This document shows positions 1 to 8,905 of a stretch of DNA of 22,912 nucleotides, piece by piece (positions within the stretch are counted from its first letter, which is position 1; the number at the start of each line of letters is the position of its first letter). Under the pieces are notes generated by a model. It had not been told where the DNA came from. It searched no databases and saw only the letters and a program-made list of their open reading frames with translations. Position numbers and translations under genes: made by a program. The stretch is from a candidate division WOR-3 bacterium (GTDB lineage: Bacteria; Hydrothermota; Hydrothermia; B15-G9; WFZT01), in NCBI GenBank assembly GCA_027053075.1, contig JALUEE010000112.1, positions 1-22,912 on the forward strand. The letters run 5' to 3'.

Positions 1-1325
1 TTTAAAATCGCGGGATAGGCTCCCTTTCTCAGGGTGCCCCCCATTTTTGTTACTCCTTTTTTATCTGGCAAGATGGTAATAATCGGGTGAGGTGTTTTGG
101 GGTCAAATTCCGTGGAATTCGCACCCTTGAGGCCAAGAACATGTCTTGCAAATTCTATGGATGCAAGCTGCATTCCGAGGCATATTCCAAAGAATGGAAT
201 TTTATTTTCCCTGGCAAACTGAATGGCCTTGATTTTGCCCTCGATCCCCCGTGAGCCAAATCCACCGGGGACAAGGATTCCATCAACGTCTTTGAAAAAT
301 TCGTCAATTTTATCGGTATGCTCAAGGTCCTCCGAATCTATATATTTAAGCTCTACTTTGACGTCGTTGGAAACCGATGCGTGAATGAATGCCTCTGAAA
401 TGCTCTTGTAGGAATCCTTCACATCCACATATTTGCCGACGATACCGATTTTTACTCTGTCAGTGAGGTGCAGAAGTTTATCAACAAAGGCTTTCCAGTC
501 TGAAAGGTCTATGCCGTGGTTGGTAGGGAGCTCGAGCTTTTTTAATATATTTTGATCAACTTTTTCTCTATGGAGTATTAAAGGGGCTTTGTAAATGGTA
601 GGAAGGTCGCGCATCTCCACCACGCGTTCCTTTGGCACGTTGGTGAAAAGGGATATCTTTTCTCTGATCTCATCCCCAATCTTTCGCTCTGAGCGGCAAA
701 TAATAAGGTCTGGCTGAATTCCGATTTCACGAAGTTTCATAACCGAGTGCTGCGTGGGCTTTGTCTTTAGCTCTCCGATGGATTTTATGTAGGGTACAAG
801 CGTTACGTGTATGAAAAATGTGTTTTGCTCACCCAATTCCAGTCGCATCTGCCTGATGGCCTCAAGGAAAGGGAGACTCTCGATGTCACCGACAGTTCCA
901 CCAATTTCGACGATGATAATGTCATCGTCATTTTCTACGAGCTCCTTGATACGCAGCTTGATTTCATCGGTGAGATGGGGAACGACCTGGACGGTTTTCC
1001 CAAGAAACACACCTTCACGCTCTTTTCTAATTAGTGACTCATAAATTTGTCCTGCTGTAGCATTGTTCTTTCTCGATAGGTTCTGGTTCAGGAATCTTTC
1101 ATAGTGCCCGAGGTCGAGGTCAGTTTCGGCTCCATCGTCTGTAACAAAAACCTCTCCGTGCTGAAAGGGATTCATGGTGCCCGGATCAACATTCAAATAT
1201 GGGTCCAGCTTGAGAGGTTTGACATTAAATCCGTGACGTTTAATCAATAAACCAATAGATGAGGTGGCAATACCCTTACCAAGTGATGATACAACTCCAC
1301 CTGTGACGAAAATATACTTTGGCAT
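1..1325 (-). CDS. pyrG: CTP synthase (3' end runs off the left edge of the window)
   Basis: Manual minus-strand translation from ATG 1325 gives [70 protein letters not shown] and GICLGMQ. It is missing from the ORF track because there is no stop in the window. Confidence 0.98.
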   Translation of the reverse strand, partial: MPKYIFVTGGVVSSLGKGIATSSIGLLIKRHGFNVKPLKLDPYLNVDPGTMNPFQHGEVFVTDDGAETDLDLGHYERFLNQNLSRKNNATAGQIYESLIRKEREGVFLGKTVQVVPHLTDEIKLRIKELVENDDDIIIVEIGGTVGDIESLPFLEAIRQMRLELGEQNTFFIHVTLVPYIKSIGELKTKPTQHSVMKLREIGIQPDLIICRSERKIGDEIREKISLFTNVPKERVVEMRDLPTIYKAPLILHREKVDQNILKKLELPTNHGIDLSDWKAFVDKLLHLTDRVKIGIVGKYVDVKDSYKSISEAFIHASVSNDVKVELKYIDSEDLEHTDKIDEFFKDVDGILVPGGFGSRGIEGKIKAIQFARENKIPFFGICLGMQLASIEFARHVLGLKGANSTEFDPKTPHPIITILPDKKGVTKMGGTLRKGAYPAIL

Positions 1326-1331
1326 TTGCTA

Positions 1332-1337
1332 ATTATA
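1332..1337 (-). promoter_or_regulatory. -10 box (TATAAT) 6 nt upstream of the pyrG ATG; probable leaderless start
   Basis: Minus strand reads TATAAT-TAGCAA-ATG with no Shine-Dalgarno. Confidence 0.55.
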
Positions 1338-1375
1338 ATTCAAGTGCATGGAACTAAAAACTTCCGGGAGTAAAT

Positions 1376-1408
1376 CTCCCTCTCCCACTTTGTGGGTGAG
1401 AGTGAGGG
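1376..1408. repeat. REP-like hairpin (degenerate copy)
   Basis: ccctctcccac-ttt-gtgggtgagag followed by a tgaggg tail; matches the family at 11389-11427. Confidence 0.7.
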
Positions 1409-1678
1409 CCTGCATTTTTAAATTTTTTCTGAATGTCAAGCGGAAAGCCCCCTCCCTCACCCCTGACGTCACCCACGAATTTCTGGATAATAACACCTTA
1501 TCCCTTGCCACGTCTTCAAAAAGGTGTACTACGCTCAATATTTGAACACTCTCTTTATACGGTATAAACGAATATATCCTTTTAGTAAAATTGTTGATTT
1601 ACTGCGAAAAATCGAATTTATCGCCCAGATCGCATTGTATAAATATACATAGCAAGCAAAAACATGGGTGATGTCAGT

Positions 1679-1892
1679 CCCTCACCCTCCCCCACGCTTC
1701 GCGTGGGGGAGGAAAGTGCTTTTTATCACTTTTGGGCACAGGCTTTGCCTGTGAAAAAAGTAAGGTTCCCTTTGAGTGTGTTTAACCATGGATCGAGCTT
1801 GCTGGATGTTTGCCCTTGCTACTAAAATCTTCCTCCCCCCGCATAAACACTTGCGGGGGGAGGATTGAGGTGGGGGGCTACAACTTAAAAGT
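1679..1892. repeat. Inverted REP doublet (REPIN/MITE-like)
   Basis: Perfect 12-bp hairpin cctcccccacgc-ttc-gcgtgggggagg (1686-1712) with a left ccctcacc tail. Second hairpin tcctccccccgca...tgcggggggagga (1831-1864) with a right ttgaggtggggg tail. Confidence 0.85.
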
Positions 1893-1969
1893 CGAGCATA
1901 TTCAAAAATTAGTCCAAGCAAAAGATAAGACTGAGGACTTTCCCGAAAATATCTGAATTTCCATGATAA

Positions 1970-2965
1970 CTACCAGCTTTCCTGAATTATCCCACCTGCC
2001 ACAAGAGTGTCATCCCGGTAAAATGCTGCTATCTGGCCAGGTGTGGGAGCCCATTGCGGTGAGTCAAATTCAACCTCAACCTTATCATTCTTCAATTTTA
2101 TTGTCGCAGGAGCTGCCCTGTGAACATTCCTGATCTGGACGAGAAACTTCCCCTCTTCCGGCTCTATAAACCAGTTCATATTATCAACCAGCATAAATTT
2201 CCGGAAAATCTCTTCCTTCTCCCCAAGAATCACCTCGTTGGATTTTGCATCTATTTTGCTCACATACACCCTTCTACCGAGGACAATTTCAAGACCGCGT
2301 CTCTGGCCCACGGTGTAATATTGAATCCCTTCGTGCACACCCACAACTTTCCCATCAGGCCCAAGGACCGGTCCAGGACGATTGCCGACCTTTTCGGCCA
2401 TGAACTCACGGAATTTCCCCCTGATGAAGCATACATCCTGAGACTCCTCATCCCTTGAAATATGAATGCCATGAGAATGCACATAAGAGCGGACCCATTC
2501 CTTGGAATAATTTCCGAGCGGAAAGATGACATATTTCAAGTGCTCTTTTCTCACGAGGGCAAGAAAATACGACTGGTCCTTCTCTCGGTATTTTGCCCGC
2601 ATTATGAATTTTCCATCAGTTCTTGCATAGTGCCCGGTGGCAACCCTCTCAATTCCCTTCTCTTTTGCAATTTTTACAAGGTTTTTAATCTTGAATTCCC
2701 TATTGCAGAGCCCACAAACGTTGGGGGTTAGGCCCCTCTTGTAGTCATTGATAAATCTTCCAATTATCTCTCTTTCGAACTCTTCCCTGAGGTCAATTTT
2801 AATGAGGGGCACACCCAAAAGGTGCGCGATTTCGTCGGTTTTCTGGACTTCAAAGAATTCGTTAAAAATAAATGTAACGGCGATGGGCTCGTATCCCTGC
2901 TCTTTGAGAAGCAGGATGGTTGCTGTGCTATCAACTCCACCAGAAAAACCCACAAGAACTTTCAT
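1970..2965 (-). CDS. mnmA: tRNA 2-thiouridine(34) synthase MnmA
   Basis: SGGVDS PP-loop, TPNVCGLCN, ATGHYA, KDQSYFL, ESQDVCF, YTVGQRRG and PTPGQ motifs. ATG at 2965 (MKVLVGF). Confidence 0.97.
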   Translation of the reverse strand: MKVLVGFSGGVDSTATILLLKEQGYEPIAVTFIFNEFFEVQKTDEIAHLLGVPLIKIDLREEFEREIIGRFINDYKRGLTPNVCGLCNREFKIKNLVKIAKEKGIERVATGHYARTDGKFIMRAKYREKDQSYFLALVRKEHLKYVIFPLGNYSKEWVRSYVHSHGIHISRDEESQDVCFIRGKFREFMAEKVGNRPGPVLGPDGKVVGVHEGIQYYTVGQRRGLEIVLGRRVYVSKIDAKSNEVILGEKEEIFRKFMLVDNMNWFIEPEEGKFLVQIRNVHRAAPATIKLKNDKVEVEFDSPQWAPTPGQIAAFYRDDTLVAGGIIQESW

Positions 2966-2972
2966 GATCAAA

Positions 2973-2978
2973 ATTATA
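2973..2978 (-). promoter_or_regulatory. -10 box (TATAAT) 7 nt upstream of the mnmA ATG; probable leaderless start
   Basis: Minus strand reads TATAAT-TTTGATC-ATG with no SD. Confidence 0.55.
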
Positions 2979-3011
2979 AACGAGGAATAAAAGGCGGGCG
3001 ATAGACCCTGG

Positions 3012-3055
3012 TTGCAAGAAATGCCTGATTGTATTAAAATGCTTCAAAAGGAGGT
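3012..3055 (+). promoter_or_regulatory. sigma70-type promoter and RBS of the PfpI gene
   Basis: TTGCAA (3012-3017), 17 nt, TAAAAT (3035-3040), then SD AGGAGGT (3049-3055). Confidence 0.65.
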
Positions 3056-3060
3056 GCAAA

Positions 3061-3639
3061 ATGGCAAAAAAGATATTGATACTCGCAGGAGACTATGTGG
3101 AGGACTATGAGATAATGGTGCCTTTTCAGGCACTGCAGATGCTCGGGTACACAGTTCACGCAGTTTGTCCTGACAAGAAGTCCGGGGACATAGTGAGGAC
3201 GGCAATTCACGATTTTGAAGGTGATCAAACCTATAGTGAGAAGAGAGGCCACAACTTTACTCTCAATGCAAACTTTGACGAGATTAATCCAGAAGATTAC
3301 GATGCATTGCTTCTACCCGGTGGAAGGGCCCCAGAGTACATCAGGCTAAATTCGAGGGTTATCGAGATAGTCAAGCATTTTGCAGATGCCAATAAACCCA
3401 TAGCGGCGATCTGCCACGGGCCACAGATTCTTGCTGCAGCAAGGGTTCTTGAGAAGAGAAAGGTCACCTCGTATCCTGCAGTTGGCCCCGATCTTGTGAA
3501 TGCGGGTGCGGAATGGGTTGACGTTGGACTCTTTGACGCTCTTGTTGATGGAAATCTTGTAACTGCACAGGCTTGGCCCGCACATCCGAAGTGGCTTGCA
3601 GAATTTGCGAAATTACTCGGAGCGAAGATAGAAATATAA
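3061..3639 (+). CDS. pfpI: DJ-1/PfpI family protein (deglycase/glyoxalase III/protease-like)
   Basis: [24 protein letters not shown] nucleophile elbow and DGNLVTA. Confidence 0.93.
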   Translation: MAKKILILAGDYVEDYEIMVPFQALQMLGYTVHAVCPDKKSGDIVRTAIHDFEGDQTYSEKRGHNFTLNANFDEINPEDYDALLLPGGRAPEYIRLNSRVIEIVKHFADANKPIAAICHGPQILAAARVLEKRKVTSYPAVGPDLVNAGAEWVDVGLFDALVDGNLVTAQAWPAHPKWLAEFAKLLGAKIEI

Positions 3640-3644
3640 AATTC

Positions 3645-3681
3645 ATGGTGGTGGCCCCTTCGAAGAAGGGGCCACCACCAT
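3645..3681 (+). terminator. Perfect 17-bp hairpin after pfpI (terminator-like, no U tract)
   Basis: atggtggtggccccttc-gaa-gaaggggccaccaccat, 5 nt after the stop, between convergent genes. Confidence 0.6.
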
Positions 3682-3721
3682 ATGAAATCTTACATCATTT
3701 TATAGATTTCAAACGGAATAG

Positions 3722-3817
3722 CTCCCTCCCTCTCGCGAAGCTCATGGTAGGGAAAGCGTTTTTGCTCATATTTTGAAAAACAAGCTTCATTCGCGGGTAG
3801 AGGAATGAGGTGAGGGG
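3722..3817. repeat. Degenerate REP-like element with an expanded loop
   Basis: ccctctcgcgaa ... ttcgcgggtagagg followed by the family tail aatgaggtgagggg. Confidence 0.6.
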
Positions 3818-3827
3818 TCACAAATGT

Positions 3828-4454
3828 TTATTCTGAATTTTGGCCGCTTCTCCTATTTTGACTGGTTTTTACCACTTCATGATGAGCATAGGCAGGGTGT
3901 ACATTAAATATAAATTTTTTAAATGCCTCGTCATCTCCGTCAGGAATATCGTCTATCCAGCTTTTTATCAAATTAAAGACTCTTCTTTCTTCTTCGAGCA
4001 AATCTTCCAGCTTCTCGTATGAAAATCCCGTAGGCGCGCCCACAAAGGTAACTTTGTAACCATCCCCAAGAACTTTCCTGAAGATATACTTTGCCCTTGG
4101 AATATGGAAATCTGAAGTAACCACGACTATGTTTCGCCAGTTTTTAGGCTCAAGTATCTTTATTTTGGTAAAATAGGCGTTTCCGATGGTATCTTTTGAT
4201 TCCTCCTCAAGATAGATTTTGTCCGCCGGAACTCCTTTCTCCTCAAGATATCTGGCCATTGCCCTTGCCTCGGTTGTGACAGGTGTATAGTCCAGGTCTG
4301 ACGAGTATTTACCGCTCAAGATGATGTTCTCAGCTACTTCCTGATTGAAAAGTTCAAGACCCTTCTCAAGCCTGTTGATGGTGGTCTGTTTTAGAGTACC
4401 ATCCTGACTTATGCCGCCTCCAAGAATCATAATTGCATCTGCCTTCATAGGCAT
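3828..4454 (-). CDS. YdcF/DUF218 (ElyC/SanA-like) family protein
   Basis: AIMILGGG, IILSG, EARAMARYL, EEESKDTIGNA and VVTSDFHIPRA motifs. Start is 4454 or 4448. Confidence 0.9.
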   Translation of the reverse strand: MPMKADAIMILGGGISQDGTLKQTTINRLEKGLELFNQEVAENIILSGKYSSDLDYTPVTTEARAMARYLEEKGVPADKIYLEEESKDTIGNAYFTKIKILEPKNWRNIVVVTSDFHIPRAKYIFRKVLGDGYKVTFVGAPTGFSYEKLEDLLEEERRVFNLIKSWIDDIPDGDDEAFKKFIFNVHPAYAHHEVVKTSQNRRSGQNSE

Positions 4455-4509
4455 AATATGTTAAAGCTTTATTCTCGTACTTTACTTGCATCAAGTGTCT
4501 CCCTCGCGC

Positions 4510-4538
4510 TTGACATAGGGAAGGACTGGATTTATACA
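4510..4538 (+). promoter_or_regulatory. sigma70 promoter of the hydrolase gene; probable leaderless start
   Basis: TTGACA (4510-4515), 17 nt, TATACA (4533-4538), then ATG 6 nt later at 4545. Confidence 0.6.
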
Positions 4539-4544
4539 AATTTT

Positions 4545-5462
4545 ATGGACAAGCTTAAATTTGCAATTTTCGCTTTGGTTTTAATACCCGGATTAGTTGG
4601 GGCGCGGAAGAGAGAGTGTCTCAAAAATTTAAAAGCGCAAGATTTATTGAATCTTCAATATGCCAGAGTAGAAGGTGTAGAGCCCGGATTACTTTCACTT
4701 GATCTCTACATTCCGAGGCGGAAGTCCCCCTGTGATTTGAGACCCCTTGTTGTGTGGGTGCACGGTGGAGCATGGGCACGTGGAGACAAAGCAAACAACG
4801 TAAAGTTTAAGGTGAAACTTTTCAGGGATAGTCTCGGCTATGTATTTTCGAGTGTGAACTACAGGCTATCAAGGAAAAGTGATTATGGAAAGCCCGGTCA
4901 CATTCAGTTCCCAACTCACGCACTCGATGTGGCTGCTGCATTGAGATGGCTAATTGATAGGGGACCATCTCTTGGTATTGATACAACTAAAATAGGTCTA
5001 ATTGGGCACTCTGCAGGAGCTCACATTGTGGCAATTCTTGGAACCGATGAACGAATTTTGAGAGCAAAAGGACTAACGCTTCGTCACATAAAGTGTGTTG
5101 CATCACTCGACACCCGCGCTTATGATCTTCCGAAAGTGATACGAAAGACCCGGAGGTTCTTTTACTTCAATGCCTTCGGGAATAATCCGGAACTATGGAA
5201 AGAGGCATCACCACTCTACCATGTGGAACCTGGTAAGCACATTCCACCATTTTTGCTTGTCCGTCGCGGTTCCAGGTTAAGCAAACAAATTTGTGACGAA
5301 TTCAGGTCAAAACTTGAGAAAGCCGATGTTCCGGTCACCGTCATAAATGCAGATGGCATTACTCACCGCAAAGTAAATCTACTCGTGGGGGCACAAGGAG
5401 ACACGCTGATAACAAAAAAATTGATAAAATTTCTCAGAAAGTATCTGGAACCAGGAGAATGA
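4545..5462 (+). CDS. Secreted alpha/beta hydrolase (esterase/lipase, HSL-like)
   Basis: Signal-peptide-like N-terminus from M at 4545, HGG oxyanion motif, VNYRLS, GHSAG nucleophile elbow and a C-terminal His. Confidence 0.88.
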   Translation: MDKLKFAIFALVLIPGLVGARKRECLKNLKAQDLLNLQYARVEGVEPGLLSLDLYIPRRKSPCDLRPLVVWVHGGAWARGDKANNVKFKVKLFRDSLGYVFSSVNYRLSRKSDYGKPGHIQFPTHALDVAAALRWLIDRGPSLGIDTTKIGLIGHSAGAHIVAILGTDERILRAKGLTLRHIKCVASLDTRAYDLPKVIRKTRRFFYFNAFGNNPELWKEASPLYHVEPGKHIPPFLLVRRGSRLSKQICDEFRSKLEKADVPVTVINADGITHRKVNLLVGAQGDTLITKKLIKFLRKYLEPGE

Positions 5463-5525
5463 TATACTATTAAGAATTTTTAGCGGTGAAGGCACACATA
5501 TTTTTTAAACAATTCGAGCAGGATA

Positions 5526-5873
5526 CCCCCTCCCTTGATCTCTCCCCCACGCAAATCGCAGGGGAGGGAAGTATTTGGGGGCAGTTTTTAGGGCACATTG
5601 TTCCATATGTGAGTAAGGAGACGTCTTTAATGTTCTTGGAACCAATGCAGAGCCTGACATGGCTAATTTAGTGTGCTTGCCAACCAGTATAAGTCAATGG
5701 AGTGGAGAATGGTGGACTTGTTAATATGCTGAACTGGACGGACATTTAGGGAATAGGGGACGCATTTTAATAGCGTAAACATTTAGATTTAGGTTGGCAC
5801 CAAAAAGCTTCCTCCCCCCGCATAAATTCTCTGCGGGGAGAGGATGAGAGGAGAGGGGTTATATCTTAAAAGT
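5526..5873. repeat. Inverted REP doublet (REPIN/MITE-like), related to 1679-1892
   Basis: Left unit ccccctcccttgatctctcccccacgcaaatcgcaggggaggg. Right unit 5808-5873 shares cttcctccccccgcataaa exactly, plus the cttaaaagt end, with 1829-1892. Confidence 0.8.
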
Positions 5874-6116
5874 TCTTCCAAGTTTCATCAAAATGCTCTT
5901 TGTATCCCTTTAGCGTAGAGCCGCAAACTTTCTAAAGGAAGAAAAAGGATTTTGGACTACTCTATGAAACATTAATGACTTTCGAAATGCGGGGTCGATA
6001 AGAAAACCATGCAGGTTTCGTTTGATCAAAATCTCAACAAAAATCTATATACAGAGTGTGTTCAAAACAATAAATAAACTTTAGCATCCTCGCCGCCACC
6101 CATCCAGGTTCTTGCT

Positions 6117-6500
6117 TCAAGATTTATGCAAATCTTCAGTGGCTGTCTTGCTCTCTATAGCCTCGACGATTTTCTCGATGTTCTCGATGACTTCTTGGAT
6201 TTCGGAGGCCCAGGAGTTGAGGTATTCTTTCCCTGCATCTGTTATTCTGTACATCCTTTTTGGCATGCCAGATTCGCTTGTGTCCCAATAAGATTCCACA
6301 AGCCCCATCATTTCGAGCTTTCTCAGGATTTTGTATGCAACTCCTCTCGCAAGCATCTCAGGATTGATTCCATAGCTTGCGGCATCTTCAATAAGCTTAT
6401 ATCCATAAGAAGGGCCGTCGAGGAGCAGCGTCAGGAGGACAACCTCCATAAACTCGCCGCTCCTCAAGCCAGCCTTCTTGTATTTGCAGTTCCTTCTAAT
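6117..6500 (-). CDS. PadR family transcriptional regulator
   Basis: LLLDGPSYGYKL, YKILRKLEMMGLVES and PKRMYRITDAGKEYL. Start is uncertain: TTG 6515, ATT 6500 or ATG 6449. Confidence 0.92.
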   Translation of the reverse strand: MRRNCKYKKAGLRSGEFMEVVLLTLLLDGPSYGYKLIEDAASYGINPEMLARGVAYKILRKLEMMGLVESYWDTSESGMPKRMYRITDAGKEYLNSWASEIQEVIENIEKIVEAIESKTATEDLHKS

Positions 6501-6501
6501 T

Positions 6502-6990
6502 TTAATCACCTCCAAGCTTCTCCTCCAATTTCAGGAGAAGCGATTTGATCTCTGCAATCTGACGCCTCAGGTCAACCACCTCTTTCTGGAGTCTTTCTAT
6601 TCTCTCATCACCCTCATGATGCTCATGAGGTTTTGGTGGGGGTGGTGGTGCCTGCTCCGCAACCTTGAGCCTGCCACCGAGCACCTCTTTTAGCACATCC
6701 CCAACTTTTCCATAGGCGCCGGTAACGGGCTGAATCCCCATTTCTGCAAAATACTGCTGCGCTTTGGGCCCCATTCCACCTGTGACGATCACATTCGCCC
6801 CAATGGATTGCATAAAAGATGGAAGGTCACCTGCTGCATGCTCACCAGCGAGGGGATTTTCTATGGACTGAACCCTTACAATCTCATCTCCCTCGATATC
6901 CACAACGACAAAGTAGGGGCAATGCCCGAAATGATAGCTAATTGCACTATCAAGGCCCTTTGGCTCATCTGCAGTAAATACGATTTTCAT
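6502..6990 (-). CDS. NifB/NifX (dinitrogenase FeMo-cofactor-binding-like) protein with a Pro/His linker and coiled-coil tail
   Basis: HFGHCPYFVVV and VIVTGGMGPKA motifs, then PPPPPKPHEHHE and a heptad-like C-terminus. Confidence 0.88.
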   Translation of the reverse strand: MKIVFTADEPKGLDSAISYHFGHCPYFVVVDIEGDEIVRVQSIENPLAGEHAAGDLPSFMQSIGANVIVTGGMGPKAQQYFAEMGIQPVTGAYGKVGDVLKEVLGGRLKVAEQAPPPPPKPHEHHEGDERIERLQKEVVDLRRQIAEIKSLLLKLEEKLGGD

Positions 6991-7358
6991 TTTACATCCT
7001 CCTCTTTCAGGTATCTGAAAATTATTTCAGCATTGCCATAGACGCGTGAAGCCTCGGCAAATCTTGCAATTTTAAATGTCTCAATAATTTTGTCCTTTGG
7101 GATTCCAAGTGTTATCGCCCTATTTATCTTGGCCTCAATGCAGGCCTTGCTATTGGTTGCCAGGGCAATCCCGAGATAAATTAAAGTTCTTGTCTCCTCA
7201 TCCAGGGCCCCGCCCTCAGCTGGCATGGCAAACGCCCCCTCCCTGCTGTGCTCTTCAAGCATTTCAGGGAAAACTTCCGCTGCCAGTCTTGCCGCCTCTG
7301 GAACATGCCCATTCATATTTCTTGCCATCTTTTTGAGCTTTTCTTCTACACTCATCAT
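6987..7358 (-). CDS. Carboxymuconolactone decarboxylase/AhpD-like protein
   Basis: GALDEETRTLIYLGIALATNSKACI...AITLGIPKDKIIE pattern; 4-nt overlap with the downstream gene. Confidence 0.8.
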   Translation of the reverse strand: MMSVEEKLKKMARNMNGHVPEAARLAAEVFPEMLEEHSREGAFAMPAEGGALDEETRTLIYLGIALATNSKACIEAKINRAITLGIPKDKIIETFKIARFAEASRVYGNAEIIFRYLKEEDVK

Positions 7359-7406
7359 TGCCTCCTTAAAGTTTAATAGCTGGTAAAATTTCGTGCAAAC
7401 ACGTTT

Positions 7407-8429
7407 TCATTCTAAATTCTCCGCTGGTTCCAATTCCTCAAAGTGCCAGAATTTTTTGATTGTACCGGCTATTTTTACATACCCAACGAGGAATGGAATT
7501 TGCAGAATGGGGGCCACAGCCGGAGCGATTGCCATCACTCCCATGCCTGCTGCAATCGCGATGGCAAGTGCAGTGCCTTCGTTTTTACCAACTGACGTAA
7601 ATGTCATTGCCATGTGATCGCGGTACGGTATGCCAATTGCCCTGTTGAAGAACGTGAGGAAAAGAAGTGCCGTGAGATAGTAAAGAAATAGCGGAATAAG
7701 CGCAATTGCCACGATCACGGGCTTGCTCGCCACGAGTTTTGCTTTCTCCATGAAGATGAGAAAAACGATGGTGTACATTCCAAGAAGCGAGATAGAAGGA
7801 AACATGGGCTTGATCTTCAAGAATCCTTCAGGACCCAGCTTCCTGAGGAGTATCTCGCGTGTAATTACTCCAAGAATCATCGGGATAACGACCACGATGA
7901 TGATGGTTTTAACAAGTAGCCACGCGGATATGCTCAGATGGTATGCAGAGGCAAACACTTTTAGCCAGATAGGAACCGTAAAAATGGCAAGAGTAAAGCT
8001 CAGTGCTACGATAATCGTGGCAAGCTCAAGGTTACCGTCTGTAAATCCAGTGTACGCAATACTCATTGAAGAGCATGGAACGACCACCGCGAGCAAGAGT
8101 CCAAGTGCCAGCTTTGCACTAATGGGAACAAAAATCCCCGTAAGCTTTATAAGGCCGTACATCAAAAGTGGGGAAACAACAAGTCCCATTGTTACTGCAA
8201 TTAAAAGCTGTTTCCAGAGCTTTGCGGCATGACGCATCTCACTCACCTTAAGGTTGATCATCATGGGATAAATCATTGTAATAACCACGATCATGTTGAG
8301 GGTTTTAAAAAGTGAGTGGTGCGCCTTCACATTTACATGCTGACCTATGAAGAATCCCGCAATCATACTTAGCAGCACGTAGAGTGGCAGGTATTTATCC
8401 AGATGGTTTTTGAGTTTTAACCAGTTCAT
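7407..8429 (-). CDS. Acr3/SBF (BART superfamily) transporter, arsenic-resistance-protein-like, Cys-containing copy
   Basis: About 10 TM segments, MIYPMM, VVPCSSMS (compare Acr3 PCTAM), TDGNLELA and VVIPMILG. Confidence 0.85.
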   Translation of the reverse strand: MNWLKLKNHLDKYLPLYVLLSMIAGFFIGQHVNVKAHHSLFKTLNMIVVITMIYPMMINLKVSEMRHAAKLWKQLLIAVTMGLVVSPLLMYGLIKLTGIFVPISAKLALGLLLAVVVPCSSMSIAYTGFTDGNLELATIIVALSFTLAIFTVPIWLKVFASAYHLSISAWLLVKTIIIVVVIPMILGVITREILLRKLGPEGFLKIKPMFPSISLLGMYTIVFLIFMEKAKLVASKPVIVAIALIPLFLYYLTALLFLTFFNRAIGIPYRDHMAMTFTSVGKNEGTALAIAIAAGMGVMAIAPAVAPILQIPFLVGYVKIAGTIKKFWHFEELEPAENLE

Positions 8430-8905
8430 TCCTTCACCTCCTTAGCCGTTTTGATGATCAAAACAGGCTTTGTGGCTTTTTTCAGAACCCTGATTGTGGT
8501 CGAGCCCATAAACTCGTGAGTGAAACCAAGCCGACCATGTGACGGAAGAAGAATCAAAGAGACATCCTCCTCATCCGCAGTTTTCACAATTTCTTTCCAT
8601 GGAATTCCGATTTTCACAACAGGTTTCACATTGTCTGTCTTGAAAGATTGTTTGATAGCTTCCACACGGCTCTCGAGTTTTTTCATAGCTTCAGCCTTTA
8701 GCTTTGCCTCTATGTCCTTTAGCTCTCTCATTTCGTCGTTATAAAAGAATGAGTACCCGTTCATCACTTCTTCGAGCTTGACCTCATCGATCACATGGAG
8801 AAGCACAACTTCTCCCACCTGCATGCGATTCATTTTTTCAAAGTTTTCTATTGCTATGCAGTTCCCTTCACTGAAATCAGTGGGGACAAGTATTTTACTA
8901 AACAT
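8426..8905 (-). CDS. Universal stress protein (UspA family)
   Basis: KILVPTDFS, VLLHVID, GIPWKEIV, SHGR...GSTT and KPVLII motifs; SD AGGAGG before ATG 8905. Confidence 0.95.
   Translation of the reverse strand: MFSKILVPTDFSEGNCIAIENFEKMNRMQVGEVVLLHVIDEVKLEEVMNGYSFFYNDEMRELKDIEAKLKAEAMKKLESRVEAIKQSFKTDNVKPVVKIGIPWKEIVKTADEEDVSLILLPSHGRLGFTHEFMGSTTIRVLKKATKPVLIIKTAKEVKE

Noticed and set aside
807..1044. Plus-strand ORFs 807-1034 and 811-1044
   Set aside because: Antisense shadows of pyrG.
1329..1545. Short ORFs on both strands upstream of pyrG
   Set aside because: They span repeat-derived DNA and have no SD or recognisable protein features.
2120..3776. Alternative-frame and antisense ORFs over mnmA and pfpI
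   Set aside because: They overlap well-supported genes and carry no independent signal.
4458..4544. N-terminal extension of the hydrolase ORF
   Set aside because: It contains the predicted promoter, and the signal peptide begins at ATG 4545.
5486..5671. 61-aa plus-strand ORF
   Set aside because: It runs through a REP hairpin and has no clear SD or homology cue.
7723..8232. 169-aa plus-strand ORF
   Set aside because: Antisense shadow of the Acr3-like membrane gene.
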